The notes: generated by a model from the sequence alone, not told the origin. A stretch of DNA of 32,000 nucleotides from Melghirimyces algeriensis (GCF_900182565.1 NZ_FXTI01000005.1:83254-115253), one strand, 5' to 3'. Shown: positions 17,306-27,780, numbered from the stretch's first letter. A program made the numbers and translations.

Positions 17306-17310
17306 CCTTT

Positions 17311-18951
17311 TCACCCCCCAATGAGTGTTCCTCTTTGCTTTGCAATCCGATTGGATTGTTTGATTTCCTTTACGGCCCGTTTTTGCGCTTCCGTCCATAC
17401 GGATGAAAAAAAGCCTACATCCCCCTTCTGGTAGGAAGCGGATCGACCCACTTTCCCAGCCATTCGCACTAGGATGCCAGTGGAGAAAACCGGATGATCT
17501 GCACCGACCACCGCAACATGACATCGGGGAACCGTGACCCCCTTTGCCAGATGCGGAGTCATCACGATTAAGCGTGTCCATCCAGATAAAAACCGCTCCA
17601 TTTTTTGATCTCTCGTTTCATCCTGATGAATGAAAGCATCACATTTCTCTTTTAAATCCGGAAACCGACACTGAATCCAATAAAGGAAAGATTCCGTATC
17701 CACTGTTCGGGGAACAAACACCAAAGCTTGTCCCTGTTTTTGCTTCACACGCTTTATAAAGGACTCCAAATACGGAATGGATCGACCTTTGGCGACCTTT
17801 CTCCAAAGGGCCCATACCCTATAAACCTTGGGCACGGGTAGGGGATACCCATGAAATCGGGATGCAATTCTAATCATTTCCCCATTACGTTGGATATTTC
17901 TTTTCCATGCATTGGATGGGGTTACCGTTAGAATGATTTGTTTTCCCTGTGGGTGCATCGCACGCCGAATCCCATATCTCCAGACTGAGTTCTCCAACAC
18001 CGATTCCAAATCGGCTTCATCGATGATTACCAAGTGAAAACATGTATAAAACCGGGATGCCTGTTGAATGGTCGCTGTGATCAGATTTGCGTCTGTCCCT
18101 CCTTTACCTAACTCTCCAGAAATCGTTCCTACTGAAACGTTTGGAAAGGCCTGACTCAATCTTTCTCCCACACTGATCGCCTTTTCCTTATAAGGAAACA
18201 CCCATAACACTCGCTCCCCTCTGTTCAAAACATGACGGATCACCAAAAACATGATTTCCGTTTTTCCCGATCCCGGTACGGCATGGATCAGCATTCTCTT
18301 CTCCTGTCCTTCTAACCACTTTAAACACATTGTTGCAGCTTCCTGTTGCGATACGGACATTCCGGGAAGGTTCATCTTCATATCTTCCCTCAATACCTTT
18401 CCGGGCAAGGGATGGATCAGAAAAAAAGGGGTGCAGGATCGATTTTTTCCCAAGATGACACATCGGTCACACCAAGCACATTCTCCTTCACAACGAGCGC
18501 AAGAACCGGTTATGATCGAATGGACCCCGCTTCCACACCGATAACACTTCCATCTGACTGCCGGCCCTTTGGCAACCACCCCTGGATAAATGGAAGCTCT
18601 CCCTGTCAGATACAGCCATTGTAAACCCATGGCTACCTTTTCTTCCGTCATGGATTCATCTTTTTCTTTCATGTATATCCATTGCAAAACCTCATCCCAG
18701 ATGAGTGCCCGTCCACCAAGATGTTTCATCAAGGTTACAGCAAGCTTCTCGATTGATTCGGCATCTTCTCCCTGAATACGGTCATCCACTTTAGGAATGG
18801 CTGGTGGATCGGGATATACTGCTTGTCCAACAGACGAGTAACGCTCACCTGGACATATATGAAGTTTCTTCATTCCCCAAAAAATCTGATCCGCTTTTAT
18901 GGATAAAGAAATAAATTTCTTTCCTAAAACATGATATGTATAAAAAAACAA
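17311..18951 (-). CDS. comFA: ComF operon protein A (DEAD-box-like helicase/translocase for DNA uptake)
   Basis: Zinc-finger region CYRCGS...CARCEGECAWCDRC, Walker A AVPGSGKTE and Walker B VIIDEAD. Start uncertain: TTG 18951, or the internal ATG at 18873. Confidence 0.85.
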   Translation of the reverse strand: MFFYTYHVLGKKFISLSIKADQIFWGMKKLHICPGERYSSVGQAVYPDPPAIPKVDDRIQGEDAESIEKLAVTLMKHLGGRALIWDEVLQWIYMKEKDESMTEEKVAMGLQWLYLTGRASIYPGVVAKGPAVRWKCYRCGSGVHSIITGSCARCEGECAWCDRCVILGKNRSCTPFFLIHPLPGKVLREDMKMNLPGMSVSQQEAATMCLKWLEGQEKRMLIHAVPGSGKTEIMFLVIRHVLNRGERVLWVFPYKEKAISVGERLSQAFPNVSVGTISGELGKGGTDANLITATIQQASRFYTCFHLVIIDEADLESVLENSVWRYGIRRAMHPQGKQIILTVTPSNAWKRNIQRNGEMIRIASRFHGYPLPVPKVYRVWALWRKVAKGRSIPYLESFIKRVKQKQGQALVFVPRTVDTESFLYWIQCRFPDLKEKCDAFIHQDETRDQKMERFLSGWTRLIVMTPHLAKGVTVPRCHVAVVGADHPVFSTGILVRMAGKVGRSASYQKGDVGFFSSVWTEAQKRAVKEIKQSNRIAKQRGTLIGG

Positions 18952-19011
18952 TGCGTTCCCGCCCCCTTTTCATAATAAACCCCTCCTGGTTGAGAGGGGT
19001 GTTCCCAAAAT

Positions 19012-19407
19012 TTAGTTTCTGAGATCCAGTACCAAAGCACCAATGTGTTCAGTTTTCGAGGGTTGGATCTCTTTTAATTCATCCATTCCATTCTTTCTTG
19101 ACTTAAAATTCGGACGAATACGGATGAAGGGATACTTTCTTTGTAATTGTTGCAGGATCACGTCCGTATCATCTGACGACCCGGAATCAAAACAAATGAC
19201 CTCAGAAGGTCTACCGGCGATATACTGTTGAAAGATATACGATCGGATAACCCATTCCACACAACTCTGACTGTTATGGGTCAAAAGGATCAGCTGGGAG
19301 GCATGCTTGGACGAACCCAAAGGAAAACGGAAGATTTTTGAGATAAGAGTCGACAAAATCCGGATGACCGCAAACAGCACCATTCCTGCCAGCAGCCACT
19401 GTTCCAT
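19012..19407 (-). CDS. Small membrane-anchored protein with a partial GT2-like (GT-A N-terminal) segment
   Basis: Start at ATG 19407, preceded by GGAGAAAGGGGGA. One TM helix (LLAGMVLFAVIRILSTLI) is followed by ILLTHNSQSCVEWVIRS...FDSGSSDDT. That resembles the first beta-alpha-beta plus DxD region of family-2 glycosyltransferases, but the protein ends about 50 residues later. Confidence 0.5.
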   Translation of the reverse strand: MEQWLLAGMVLFAVIRILSTLISKIFRFPLGSSKHASQLILLTHNSQSCVEWVIRSYIFQQYIAGRPSEVICFDSGSSDDTDVILQQLQRKYPFIRIRPNFKSRKNGMDELKEIQPSKTEHIGALVLDLRN

Positions 19408-19565
19408 TGCTTTTGTCCCCCTTTCTCCCAGCATATGCACCAGAATCATTGGGGGTTCAATACCATCGATTGGAAAGCGGATCTGACATGTTTTAGTGAG
19501 TTACATCATTTCACACACATTCCCTCTTTATTTCTATGAATGGAAATAAAATCCTTCATCGGAAA

Positions 19566-19590
19566 CAAAAAAGACCACTCTAAAGTGGTC
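19566..19590 (-). terminator. Terminator of metK
   Basis: GACCAC (19573-19578) pairs with GTGGTC (19585-19590), followed by a T-run on the minus strand. Confidence 0.75.
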
Positions 19591-19605
19591 TAGTTAAATA
19601 TGATC

Positions 19606-20802
19606 CTATTCAATCATTTCCTTTTTCAAGAGATCAGCTTTATCTGTTTTTTCCCAAGGAAGATCCAGATCCATACGGCCGAAATGCCCATAAGCTGCCG
19701 TCTCTTTATAAATGGGGCGACGAAGGTCCAATTCCCGGATAATACCAGCCGGACGTAAATCAAAATGTTTTCGAATCAGACCAACCAGATCCTCTTCCTT
19801 CACCCGGCCTGTCCCAAACGTATCAATCCGGATGGAGACCGGCTGCGCCACTCCAATCGCATATGCCAGCTGAACTTCACACTTATCAGCCAGACCGGCA
19901 GCTACAATGTTTTTGGCTACATAGCGGGCCGCATAAGCACCAGATCGGTCCACCTTGGTTGGATCTTTTCCGGAAAAAGCACCCCCGCCATGACGGGCAT
20001 ACCCTCCATAGGTATCAACAATAATTTTACGTCCCGTCAAACCAGCGTCTCCCATCGGTCCTCCAATAACAAATCGCCCTGTGGGATTTATATAATAGAT
20101 CGTCCGATCATCCAGCATTTCTTCGGGAACAACAGGTTCGATCACATGTTTTTGTATATCTGTTTGAATCTGATCTAGTGACACATCTTCGGAATGCTGT
20201 GTGGAAACAACAATCGTATCAATCCGAACCGGACGATTTTCATCATACTCCACTGTCACCTGGGTCTTTCCGTCTGGACGAAGGTAATCCAAGGTACCAT
20301 TGGTTCGCACTTCATTCAGACGACGTGCCAGTCGGTGGGCCAAAGAGATGGGCAAAGGCATCAATTCCGGAGTCTCGTTACTCGCAAAACCAAACATCAG
20401 CCCTTGGTCTCCTGCACCAATCGCATCGATTTCTTCTTCCGTCATTTTCCCTTCCCGTTTTTCCAATGCTTCATTCACACCGGCTGCGATATCGGGAGAC
20501 TGTTCATCAATGGAAGTAAGCACAGCACATGTATCTGCATCAAAACCGTATTTTGCACGGGTATATCCAATACTTCGAATCGTATCCCGAACAATTTTGG
20601 GGATATCCACATAACAGGTAGTGGAAATTTCACCGGACACCAAAACCAATCCTGTAGTGACAGATGTTTCGCAGGCTACACGGGCATTGGGGTCTTTCGA
20701 AAGGATTTCATCCAACACAGCATCAGAAATCTGATCACAAATTTTATCTGGATGGCCGGCGGTCACCGATTCCGATGTAAACAACGTAGGTCGTGAGTTC
20801 AA
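19606..20802 (-). CDS. metK: S-adenosylmethionine synthetase
   Basis: 398 aa with [24 protein letters not shown] and [19 protein letters not shown] start at 20802, 8 nt after AAAGGAGG. Confidence 0.96.
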   Translation of the reverse strand: MNSRPTLFTSESVTAGHPDKICDQISDAVLDEILSKDPNARVACETSVTTGLVLVSGEISTTCYVDIPKIVRDTIRSIGYTRAKYGFDADTCAVLTSIDEQSPDIAAGVNEALEKREGKMTEEEIDAIGAGDQGLMFGFASNETPELMPLPISLAHRLARRLNEVRTNGTLDYLRPDGKTQVTVEYDENRPVRIDTIVVSTQHSEDVSLDQIQTDIQKHVIEPVVPEEMLDDRTIYYINPTGRFVIGGPMGDAGLTGRKIIVDTYGGYARHGGGAFSGKDPTKVDRSGAYAARYVAKNIVAAGLADKCEVQLAYAIGVAQPVSIRIDTFGTGRVKEEDLVGLIRKHFDLRPAGIIRELDLRRPIYKETAAYGHFGRMDLDLPWEKTDKADLLKKEMIE

Positions 20803-20975
20803 TGCGGGTCCTCCTTTAACTACTGAATCATATCCGTTATAAGAAAAGGCTCAGGAGTCATTGGCGTTTTGCTATGTAAAACACCACCCACCGATTCCGG
20901 AAAACCTCTTCTTTTCGTGTCATAAAAAAATCATATCAAGGATACATGAAAAGGTGTGGAAAGACAACCTTTCTA

Positions 20976-23255
20976 TTACCTGAAAAACCCAACCTGGTAC
21001 TCCTTTCCGAGATCAGCTGAAGACCCTTGTATACGAATAAAATAGGTGCCAACATTTAAATCTTGGGAGATTGTCGCACTTCTGTTTCCTTTAGAAAGCT
21101 CTAATTTTTCCATGACATTCATATTTTTGTCATAAAGTAAGAGTGTGCTCCCCTCTCCACCCTTTGGTATTTGGAACCGAAGATTGGTTTTCGTTTTTTG
21201 CTCGATATCCATCTGATACCAGTCCAAATCATACCCTCCTCCAAATCTCCCTTTTTTACTCTGTCCGTATTTCATCATTTCCGCCGTTTCGGAGGTGTCG
21301 TTGGGTTCATAAGAGTCTCCGTCATTCGGTTGGTACTGAACAACAAGGATATAAGGGTCCTGCACGGAATTCGTACCATAATCTGTCACCCGAACGTAGA
21401 TACTGCCAGATTCCACTTTTAATCCGTACTTTTCACTTTTCCCTTCCGCTTCCTCATCCACCTTCTTTCCTTTCCAGGACCCCTCCCGCTGTATATAGAG
21501 CACCGGATCACCGCGAGGACTCCACACATTCAACTCCAGGTTCAACCTTCCCGCTTCTGGAATATCCAGACGATACCAATCATTGTCTCGCTTTTTGTGA
21601 AAGGTTCCTTTCAGTGAATTGTAGCCCGGATTTACTTTGACACTGTAAGCATTCCATTGATGATCATTTTCTTCCTGTTCATCAGCTTCTTGCCGAAATT
21701 GATTTTTTAGTGTGTATTTCCAGGAAGAATCTGTATCATGGGATAAGCATGCGACCACCTGGCTCCGCGAGAGCGTCAGCCGAACATGCTCTGCTTCCCT
21801 TCCACGGTATTGAACCTCTTTTTTCCCCTCAATAAATACTTCCAACGTCACATCTTTCATTCCTTCTTTTTTCCCTGTCAGCGAAAACGTCAGGGTTCCG
21901 GGATAAGAAGTATTTAATTGATAACAATCCTGATCAGCTCTTCCATCCAATACTCCTTCATACATCTGGTCAAGTGAAAAAGGCATAGCTGTTTCTCTTG
22001 TATTGTTCGGTTCAAATATATCTGGTAAAGGCTCTTCCGTAATCGCTGCATGTACATTAATCATGCCAAAGCCATAAAACTGATTCCAACGATCGCCCGT
22101 TTTCAGCTGAGCCGTTTGACGAATTAAATTTCGGACTTCAGCCGGACTCAGTTCCGGTTGACGTTGGAGAATCAAAGCGGCCAAAGCTCCCACTTGCGGT
22201 GCAGCAAACGAGGTTCCGGAATCTTTTGCGTACTTTCCTTCCGGAACTGCAGCCCAGATTCCCTCCCCAGGAGCCACCACATCGATACCTGATCCAATAT
22301 TGGAGGTGGGAACCACTTTCCCGTCCGGACCCACAGAACCAACTCCAAGCACCGTTGGAAATGCAGCAGGATAATAAAGGGGACTGTTGTAGACAATGTG
22401 TCCCTCATTGCTGATCCGTGCATTACCCGCGGCACCGACCACTGTTACGCCTTTTTCTTCAGCGAACTGAATCGCATCCTCCATCGTTTCTGAATACGTC
22501 CAGCTCCCTTGTGCCAAAACAATGACATCCGCCTTTTCTCGAACCGCAGCGCGTATTCCTTCTGCTGTGAAATACACATCGCCGTCAGAACCATCTTCCA
22601 TCACTTTGACGGGCATAATACGCAGACTGGATTCTTCCCAATCATCTGTTTTCTTCCAGCCGCTCCAAACCTCGGCAATCACTCCGGCAACATGGGTCCC
22701 ATGTCCCATTCGATCCTCCGGCGGTAGAGAGGGATCTTTAAGATTCACCCCTTGCATCAGATAAGGCTGCAATGCCGGATGATCCAAGTCCACTCCTGTA
22801 TCAACAACAGCGACAATGATGGATTCCTTCCGTTTTGGCAGTCGTACCTTTTCCCAAGCCTTGCTCGCCGCAATGCGATCCAGATAATATCTTTTATCCA
22901 GATGATCCCCAGTCGCTTCGTCCCGTGCCTCCACTTTATATTTTTGATTGGGATGAATAAACTCCACATCTTCATTCGCCGACCAATATTCCAACCACTT
23001 TTCCTCTTCCACACTCGCTTCCAGACGAATGAGCATTCTGACTCCCCCGCCTTCCTCCCTCGTCCGATGAAGGATTTGAACCGTTTGAAGGAAAGCCGGG
23101 TCCACTTCGTTATTTTTCCATTTGACAACCCATTCCTTTTCCGCTTTCCCTTTTCCGCCCTTCACCACTTCCGTGTAACCTCCCTCTTTTACACCCTGGC
23201 AACCGGAAAGAAAAAGCAACAAAAGGATTAATGTCCACCAACTTATTATCCGCAT
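20976..23255 (-). CDS. Lipoprotein subtilisin-family (S8) serine protease with an N-terminal propeptide and three C-terminal PPC-like repeats
   Basis: Lipobox LSGC. Catalytic triad contexts VAVVDTGVD, HGTHVAG and GTSFAAP. Three repeats start FEPNNTRETA, EENDHQWNA and YEPNDTSETA, each followed by a D-x-D-(C/W)-Y motif. Confidence 0.88.
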   Translation of the reverse strand: MRIISWWTLILLLLFLSGCQGVKEGGYTEVVKGGKGKAEKEWVVKWKNNEVDPAFLQTVQILHRTREEGGGVRMLIRLEASVEEEKWLEYWSANEDVEFIHPNQKYKVEARDEATGDHLDKRYYLDRIAASKAWEKVRLPKRKESIIVAVVDTGVDLDHPALQPYLMQGVNLKDPSLPPEDRMGHGTHVAGVIAEVWSGWKKTDDWEESSLRIMPVKVMEDGSDGDVYFTAEGIRAAVREKADVIVLAQGSWTYSETMEDAIQFAEEKGVTVVGAAGNARISNEGHIVYNSPLYYPAAFPTVLGVGSVGPDGKVVPTSNIGSGIDVVAPGEGIWAAVPEGKYAKDSGTSFAAPQVGALAALILQRQPELSPAEVRNLIRQTAQLKTGDRWNQFYGFGMINVHAAITEEPLPDIFEPNNTRETAMPFSLDQMYEGVLDGRADQDCYQLNTSYPGTLTFSLTGKKEGMKDVTLEVFIEGKKEVQYRGREAEHVRLTLSRSQVVACLSHDTDSSWKYTLKNQFRQEADEQEENDHQWNAYSVKVNPGYNSLKGTFHKKRDNDWYRLDIPEAGRLNLELNVWSPRGDPVLYIQREGSWKGKKVDEEAEGKSEKYGLKVESGSIYVRVTDYGTNSVQDPYILVVQYQPNDGDSYEPNDTSETAEMMKYGQSKKGRFGGGYDLDWYQMDIEQKTKTNLRFQIPKGGEGSTLLLYDKNMNVMEKLELSKGNRSATISQDLNVGTYFIRIQGSSADLGKEYQVGFFR

Positions 23256-23365
23256 TGTTCGAATCCCCGCCCTGTCAGCCTGTTATATCAAGCTTAACAT
23301 GAAACCGCATGGAATGGGATACGAGAACCATAATAACAAATGGAAACGAAAGAAAGGAGATCAAA

Positions 23366-24310
23366 ATGGGAAAAACAAAGCAACCATTCCTGATCATTTT
23401 GATCCTGGCTATAGGCGTACTCAGTCTTTTTATCTTAATAAAATCGACAAAAGACCCTTCCCTAAGTCAGTCACCCTCTTCCCAAAGCCCTTCAGAGTCA
23501 ATCGCACCAAAACCGAAACAAGAGAATCAATCAACCATGCGCTCCCAAATTCCTTCTCCAGTTAAAGACCCAGTCAGCCTGCTATTGATTGGAGTGGATC
23601 GAAGAAGAGGAGATGTGGGCCGTGCCGATGCCCTCATGGTCATCACCCTGAATCCTGAGCAAAAAACAGCAAACGTGCTAAATATCCCTAGGGATACAAA
23701 AACCCGTCTGGTTCTGGGAAAAAAAACGGCCCGGAATGATAAAATCAATCATGCCTACTCACTTGGTAATGGAACTTCAACCACCGTTCAAACGGTGGAA
23801 AAATATCTTGATATCCCAATCCATCATTACATAAAAGTGGATTTTACCGGATTTCGCTCGTTGATCAATCTATTTGGAGGAGTGGATGTACACGTAAAGA
23901 ACAGTTTCTCCTACCAGGGACATCATTTCCAAAAGGGATCTCAAACGTTGAACGGCTCCCAAGCCCTTGCCTATGTGCGGGATCGTACAGGCGGAAGTGA
24001 TTATGACCGTCATTTCCGACAACAACAGGTATTAAACAGCCTTTTAGAAAAAGGAACCCATTGGTCAACGCTTCTTAAGCTGAATGACTTATTTCACGTG
24101 ATACAGAAACATACGGAAACCAATCTCTCTTTGAATCAAGCTTGGAAGCTACTTCGTACATTCCGTGAAATTCCAACTAAAAACCGAACCACGTTGCACC
24201 TTACTGGATATGACCAATGGCAACCCCGATATTTTTTAATTGTGCCGGAATCTGAACGCCTTCGGATCCGTCGCATTCTGCGGAAGCATATGGAGTTGCC
24301 CCCATACTGA
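23366..24310 (+). CDS. LytR-CpsA-Psr (LCP) family cell-wall polymer ligase
   Basis: N-terminal TM helix, then LLIGVDRR...RADALMVITLNP...NIPRDT. Start at ATG 23366, after AAAGGAG. The track ORF starts upstream at 23309. Confidence 0.85.
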   Translation: MGKTKQPFLIILILAIGVLSLFILIKSTKDPSLSQSPSSQSPSESIAPKPKQENQSTMRSQIPSPVKDPVSLLLIGVDRRRGDVGRADALMVITLNPEQKTANVLNIPRDTKTRLVLGKKTARNDKINHAYSLGNGTSTTVQTVEKYLDIPIHHYIKVDFTGFRSLINLFGGVDVHVKNSFSYQGHHFQKGSQTLNGSQALAYVRDRTGGSDYDRHFRQQQVLNSLLEKGTHWSTLLKLNDLFHVIQKHTETNLSLNQAWKLLRTFREIPTKNRTTLHLTGYDQWQPRYFLIVPESERLRIRRILRKHMELPPY

Positions 24311-24556
24311 GACTTGTGACTGGTATTTTTTCTTGTAAGAGCTCCATTGGGAATAGTATGATTGAAATACGGTTTCTTTCAAGGAATCTGGTGCAACCCT
24401 ACAACATCATCAAGACAAACGAACAGTAATACAACCTCTTAAATACCTCAACAAAACGGGAGACAAAGCGTAAATCGGCATCCCTGAAGGGCTGCCTTTC
24501 TTTATGGATTGGAACGAATCAATCCGAATCATATCCGGATTTGGGAGGCGGGCACG

Positions 24557-25195
24557 TTGAAGTTGCCGACTGTTTATTCCACCGTTAAAGAATACAAAGA
24601 AACGGAAATCCTCATTCAAAAATCTCGTTTCATTACTTATGTCAACCGGGTTGAATCAGAAAAGGAAGCGGTTCGTTTCATTCAAAATATTTCCCGGAGA
24701 CACTGGGATGCGACTCATAATTGCTATGCCTATCAAGTGATGGATGGCCAAATCGCCCAAAAATCCTCCGATGACGGAGAGCCTGCAGGAACAGCGGGAC
24801 GTCCCATTCTGGAAGTGCTTAAAAACAGGGATCTGATTAATACAGTTATAGTGGTAACCCGTTACTTTGGAGGGATCAAGCTTGGAGCCGGAGGACTGAT
24901 CCGGGCTTACAGCCAATCGGCTTCCACTGGTTTGGATGCCGCTGGGATTCTAGACTGGGTTCTTCACCGCATGATACGGATCACCGTGAATTACTCGGCC
25001 ATGGGAAAGGTGGAATATGAACTCCGTTCCATGAATGTTGACATGGAGCAACCAAAATTCTCGGATAAAGTGCACTTTACCGTATGGGTACCCGATGGAA
25101 AAGAGTCGACGGTCACAGAGATGGTGGCGGAACAGACCGGGGGCCGCGGTGAAGTCATCCTGGGTCAGAAAGAATACCGTCCCATCCCTCGATAG
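24557..25195 (+). CDS. yigZ: YigZ/IMPACT-family (UPF0029) protein
   Basis: KSRFITY, HNCYAY and DDGEPAGTAGRPIL motifs. The start is uncertain: TTG 24557 after GGGAGG is my best guess, while the track start is TTG 24509. Confidence 0.8.
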   Translation: MKLPTVYSTVKEYKETEILIQKSRFITYVNRVESEKEAVRFIQNISRRHWDATHNCYAYQVMDGQIAQKSSDDGEPAGTAGRPILEVLKNRDLINTVIVVTRYFGGIKLGAGGLIRAYSQSASTGLDAAGILDWVLHRMIRITVNYSAMGKVEYELRSMNVDMEQPKFSDKVHFTVWVPDGKESTVTEMVAEQTGGRGEVILGQKEYRPIPR

Positions 25196-25202
25196 TGACT
25201 GG

Positions 25203-25250
25203 AATCAAACGCCTCTATACGCAGTATCAAGCGCATAGAGGCGTTTGATT
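25203..25250. terminator. Bidirectional terminator between yigZ and metQ
   Basis: Perfect 16-bp stem: AATCAAACGCCTCTAT (25203-25218) pairs with ATAGAGGCGTTTGATT (25235-25250). Confidence 0.75.
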
Positions 25251-25276
25251 ATTAAAACATGTAAAGATGGACAAGG

Positions 25277-26074
25277 TTAAAATGCCGGAACAACTGCACC
25301 TTTATATTTCTCTTCAATAAACTTCTTGATTTTGGGAGAATGAAGTGCTTTCGCCAGTTCCTTCACTCTTTTATCATTTTCATTCCCCTCTTTCACAGCC
25401 AACACATTCACATAAGGAGAATCTTTTCCTTCAATAAAGAGGGCATCCTTGACCGGATTCAGATCCGCCTGTAACGCATAGTTGGTGTTAATGACCGCGA
25501 GATCCACCTCACCCAAAAACCGGGGCAGTGCTGCCGATTCCAGTGTTTTAAACTTCAGGTTCTTGGGATTTTCCTTGATATTCTTCAGCTTTTTGTCCCC
25601 TTTGCGGTTATCCAGTTCAATGAGACCTTCTTTGTCCAGCAATAGGAGTACTCGTGTCATCTCACTGGTCGCATTGGGAATAGCGACTGTGGCTCCTTTT
25701 TTCAGTTCTGAGATCTTCTTTATTTTTTTGGAATAGGCACCCATCGGTTCAATGTGAACCCCTGTCACCTTTTTCAGATGCCAACCCCGTTCTTCATTCG
25801 TCGCTTTCATCCAAGGGACATGCTGGAAGAAATTCGCATCCAGTTCCCCTTCCTCCACCGCTTTGTTCGGAGTTACATAGTCTTGTAAAACGACGATCTC
25901 CAATTGAATCCCTTTTTTCTTCAGTTCAGGCTTCACTTGTTCCAGGATTTCAGCGTGCGGAACTTGTGTAGCTCCTACCTCCAAAACCTGCTCCTCATCT
26001 TTGTCCCCCCCACAGGCGGTAAGGACCGTAATCAAAGAGAGCGCCAATCCAAGCAAAACAAACTTTTTCCACAT
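25277..26074 (-). CDS. metQ: Methionine ABC transporter substrate-binding lipoprotein
   Basis: Lipobox LTACGG, NlpA/MetQ-like length, and last position in the S-box-controlled metNIQ operon. Start at ATG 26074, after GGAGGAG. Confidence 0.88.
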   Translation of the reverse strand: MWKKFVLLGLALSLITVLTACGGDKDEEQVLEVGATQVPHAEILEQVKPELKKKGIQLEIVVLQDYVTPNKAVEEGELDANFFQHVPWMKATNEERGWHLKKVTGVHIEPMGAYSKKIKKISELKKGATVAIPNATSEMTRVLLLLDKEGLIELDNRKGDKKLKNIKENPKNLKFKTLESAALPRFLGEVDLAVINTNYALQADLNPVKDALFIEGKDSPYVNVLAVKEGNENDKRVKELAKALHSPKIKKFIEEKYKGAVVPAF

Positions 26075-26098
26075 CACTTTCTCCTCCTGTCCATTCAT

Positions 26099-26761
26099 TT
26101 ATCGTTTATCAAGCTGCCGGGAAAACCAATCACCAATCCATTGAACAAGTTGTACCATCATGACCAGCAATACCCCACAGGTTACCAACATTCCATCATT
26201 GAAGGACTGAAACCCAAAACGGAAGGCTGCATCTCCAAGACCCCCTCCACCTACAACACCAGCCATTGCAGAGAAACTGATCAAGGTGACACAGGTAACA
26301 GTTAGTCCGGAAATCAATGCGGATGTCGCTTCTGGCAATAACACATTCACAACGACTTGGAAGCGGGTGGACCCCATGGAACGGGCAGCCTCAACCACCC
26401 CTTTATCCACTTCCCGCAAAGCCGTTTCCACAATCCGGGCGTAGAACGGAGCTGCCCCGGCAATTAACGGAATGGTTGCCGCAGTCGGTCCAAGGCTGGT
26501 TCCCACCAAAAATTTTGCCAAAGGAAATAAAAACAATACCAGTATAATGAAGGGAACTGCGCGAAAAATATTTACAACCGTGGCAACCGCCTTCTGGACC
26601 CAATGTTTTTCCCAAATTTGTCCTGTATCCGTCACTACCAGCAGAATCCCCAAAGGCACTCCAAACAAAGCTGTAAAGAACGTAGAGATTCCAACCATAT
26701 AGGCCGTTTCCCCAGTGGCTTGCCAAATCGTGGCCCAGTCGATTTCATTAAACATGGACAT
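26099..26761 (-). CDS. metI: Methionine ABC transporter permease
   Basis: 220-aa five-TM permease carrying the EAA-like loop ([12 protein letters not shown]). It overlaps the metN stop by 14 nt. Confidence 0.88.
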   Translation of the reverse strand: MSMFNEIDWATIWQATGETAYMVGISTFFTALFGVPLGILLVVTDTGQIWEKHWVQKAVATVVNIFRAVPFIILVLFLFPLAKFLVGTSLGPTAATIPLIAGAAPFYARIVETALREVDKGVVEAARSMGSTRFQVVVNVLLPEATSALISGLTVTCVTLISFSAMAGVVGGGGLGDAAFRFGFQSFNDGMLVTCGVLLVMMVQLVQWIGDWFSRQLDKR

Positions 26762-27746
26762 TCACCTCCAAATCCGCCTCCTCATGCAAAGAATCCAAAA
26801 GCTGTTCTACATCTTCCCGCTTCCCGTCAATCAGGAAGGTCATACCACCATCCGCTTTAAGCTCTCTCTCGGAAACGCTCACTTTTACCCGGCCACTTTG
26901 AACAGCGGGACCAATTTTCGCCCATACATCCTGCATTTCATCAGGGCTGCAATGGAACCTCGTTTTTTCCGTTGATTGAACCGGGAAGTCGGAAGATTGC
27001 ATCCATTCGGTTTGTTGTACAAATTGTTTCGTTACAGAATGTTTTGGATTCCCAAATACGCTTTTCACCTCCCCTCTTTCAACGATCTGTCCACCTTCCA
27101 TGACAGCCACCCTGTGACAGATCGCCTGAACAACCGACATTTCATGGGTGATCAGTAACAGAGTGATTCCAGTCTCTCGATTGATTTCCCGCAATAAGTC
27201 GAGAATCGAGGAGGTTGTCTCCGGGTCCAGAGCCGATGTTGCTTCGTCACACAACAAGACCTTGGGATCATTCGCCAAAGCTCTGGCAATTCCCACCCGT
27301 TGCTTTTGTCCTCCGGAAAGCTGCGAAGGATAAGCCTGTGCCCGATCGGAAAGTCCCACTTGCTCAAGTAGAGCATCCACCTTTCGACGAATGGTTTCTT
27401 TTGGCTTTTTCGCCATCTCAAGGGGAAAAGCTACATTTTTCCAAACAGTCCGGGATTGAAGTAGATTAAAATGTTGGAAGATCATCCCAATCTTTTGACG
27501 GGCATAACGGAGTTCCTTTTCAGCCAGCTGGGATATTTCCTGTCCATCCACCCGAACAGTTCCGTTTGTTGGAGTTTCCAATCCGTTGACCAAGCGCAGC
27601 AATGTGCTTTTTCCCGCCCCACTGCGTCCAATGATCCCAAAAATCTCTCCCTGCGCAACATGAAGATCCACGTTTTGCAAAGCCTTGACCGGTTGATTCC
27701 CCTTCTGGGAAGGAAAGGTTTTACTGATCCCCTTCAGCTCAATCAT
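26748..27746 (-). CDS. metN: Methionine ABC transporter ATP-binding protein with a C-terminal NIL domain
   Basis: Walker [10 protein letters not shown], signature LSGGQKQRV and Walker [12 protein letters not shown]. Start at ATG 27746 ([11 protein letters not shown]), 8 nt after GGAGG. Confidence 0.92.
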   Translation of the reverse strand: MIELKGISKTFPSQKGNQPVKALQNVDLHVAQGEIFGIIGRSGAGKSTLLRLVNGLETPTNGTVRVDGQEISQLAEKELRYARQKIGMIFQHFNLLQSRTVWKNVAFPLEMAKKPKETIRRKVDALLEQVGLSDRAQAYPSQLSGGQKQRVGIARALANDPKVLLCDEATSALDPETTSSILDLLREINRETGITLLLITHEMSVVQAICHRVAVMEGGQIVERGEVKSVFGNPKHSVTKQFVQQTEWMQSSDFPVQSTEKTRFHCSPDEMQDVWAKIGPAVQSGRVKVSVSERELKADGGMTFLIDGKREDVEQLLDSLHEEADLEVNVHV

Positions 27747-27780
27747 GTTGTCAACCTCCATCTGTTTTCACGTCCAAATA

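Noticed and set aside
17306-17581. 326-aa version of comFC overlapping the 3' end of comFA by 270 nt
   Set aside because: The extension is Cys/Gly/Arg-rich out-of-frame sequence with no homology to expected ComFC. ATG 17305, with a GGGGGTGA RBS 5 nt after the comFA stop, gives a normal 235-aa ComFC.
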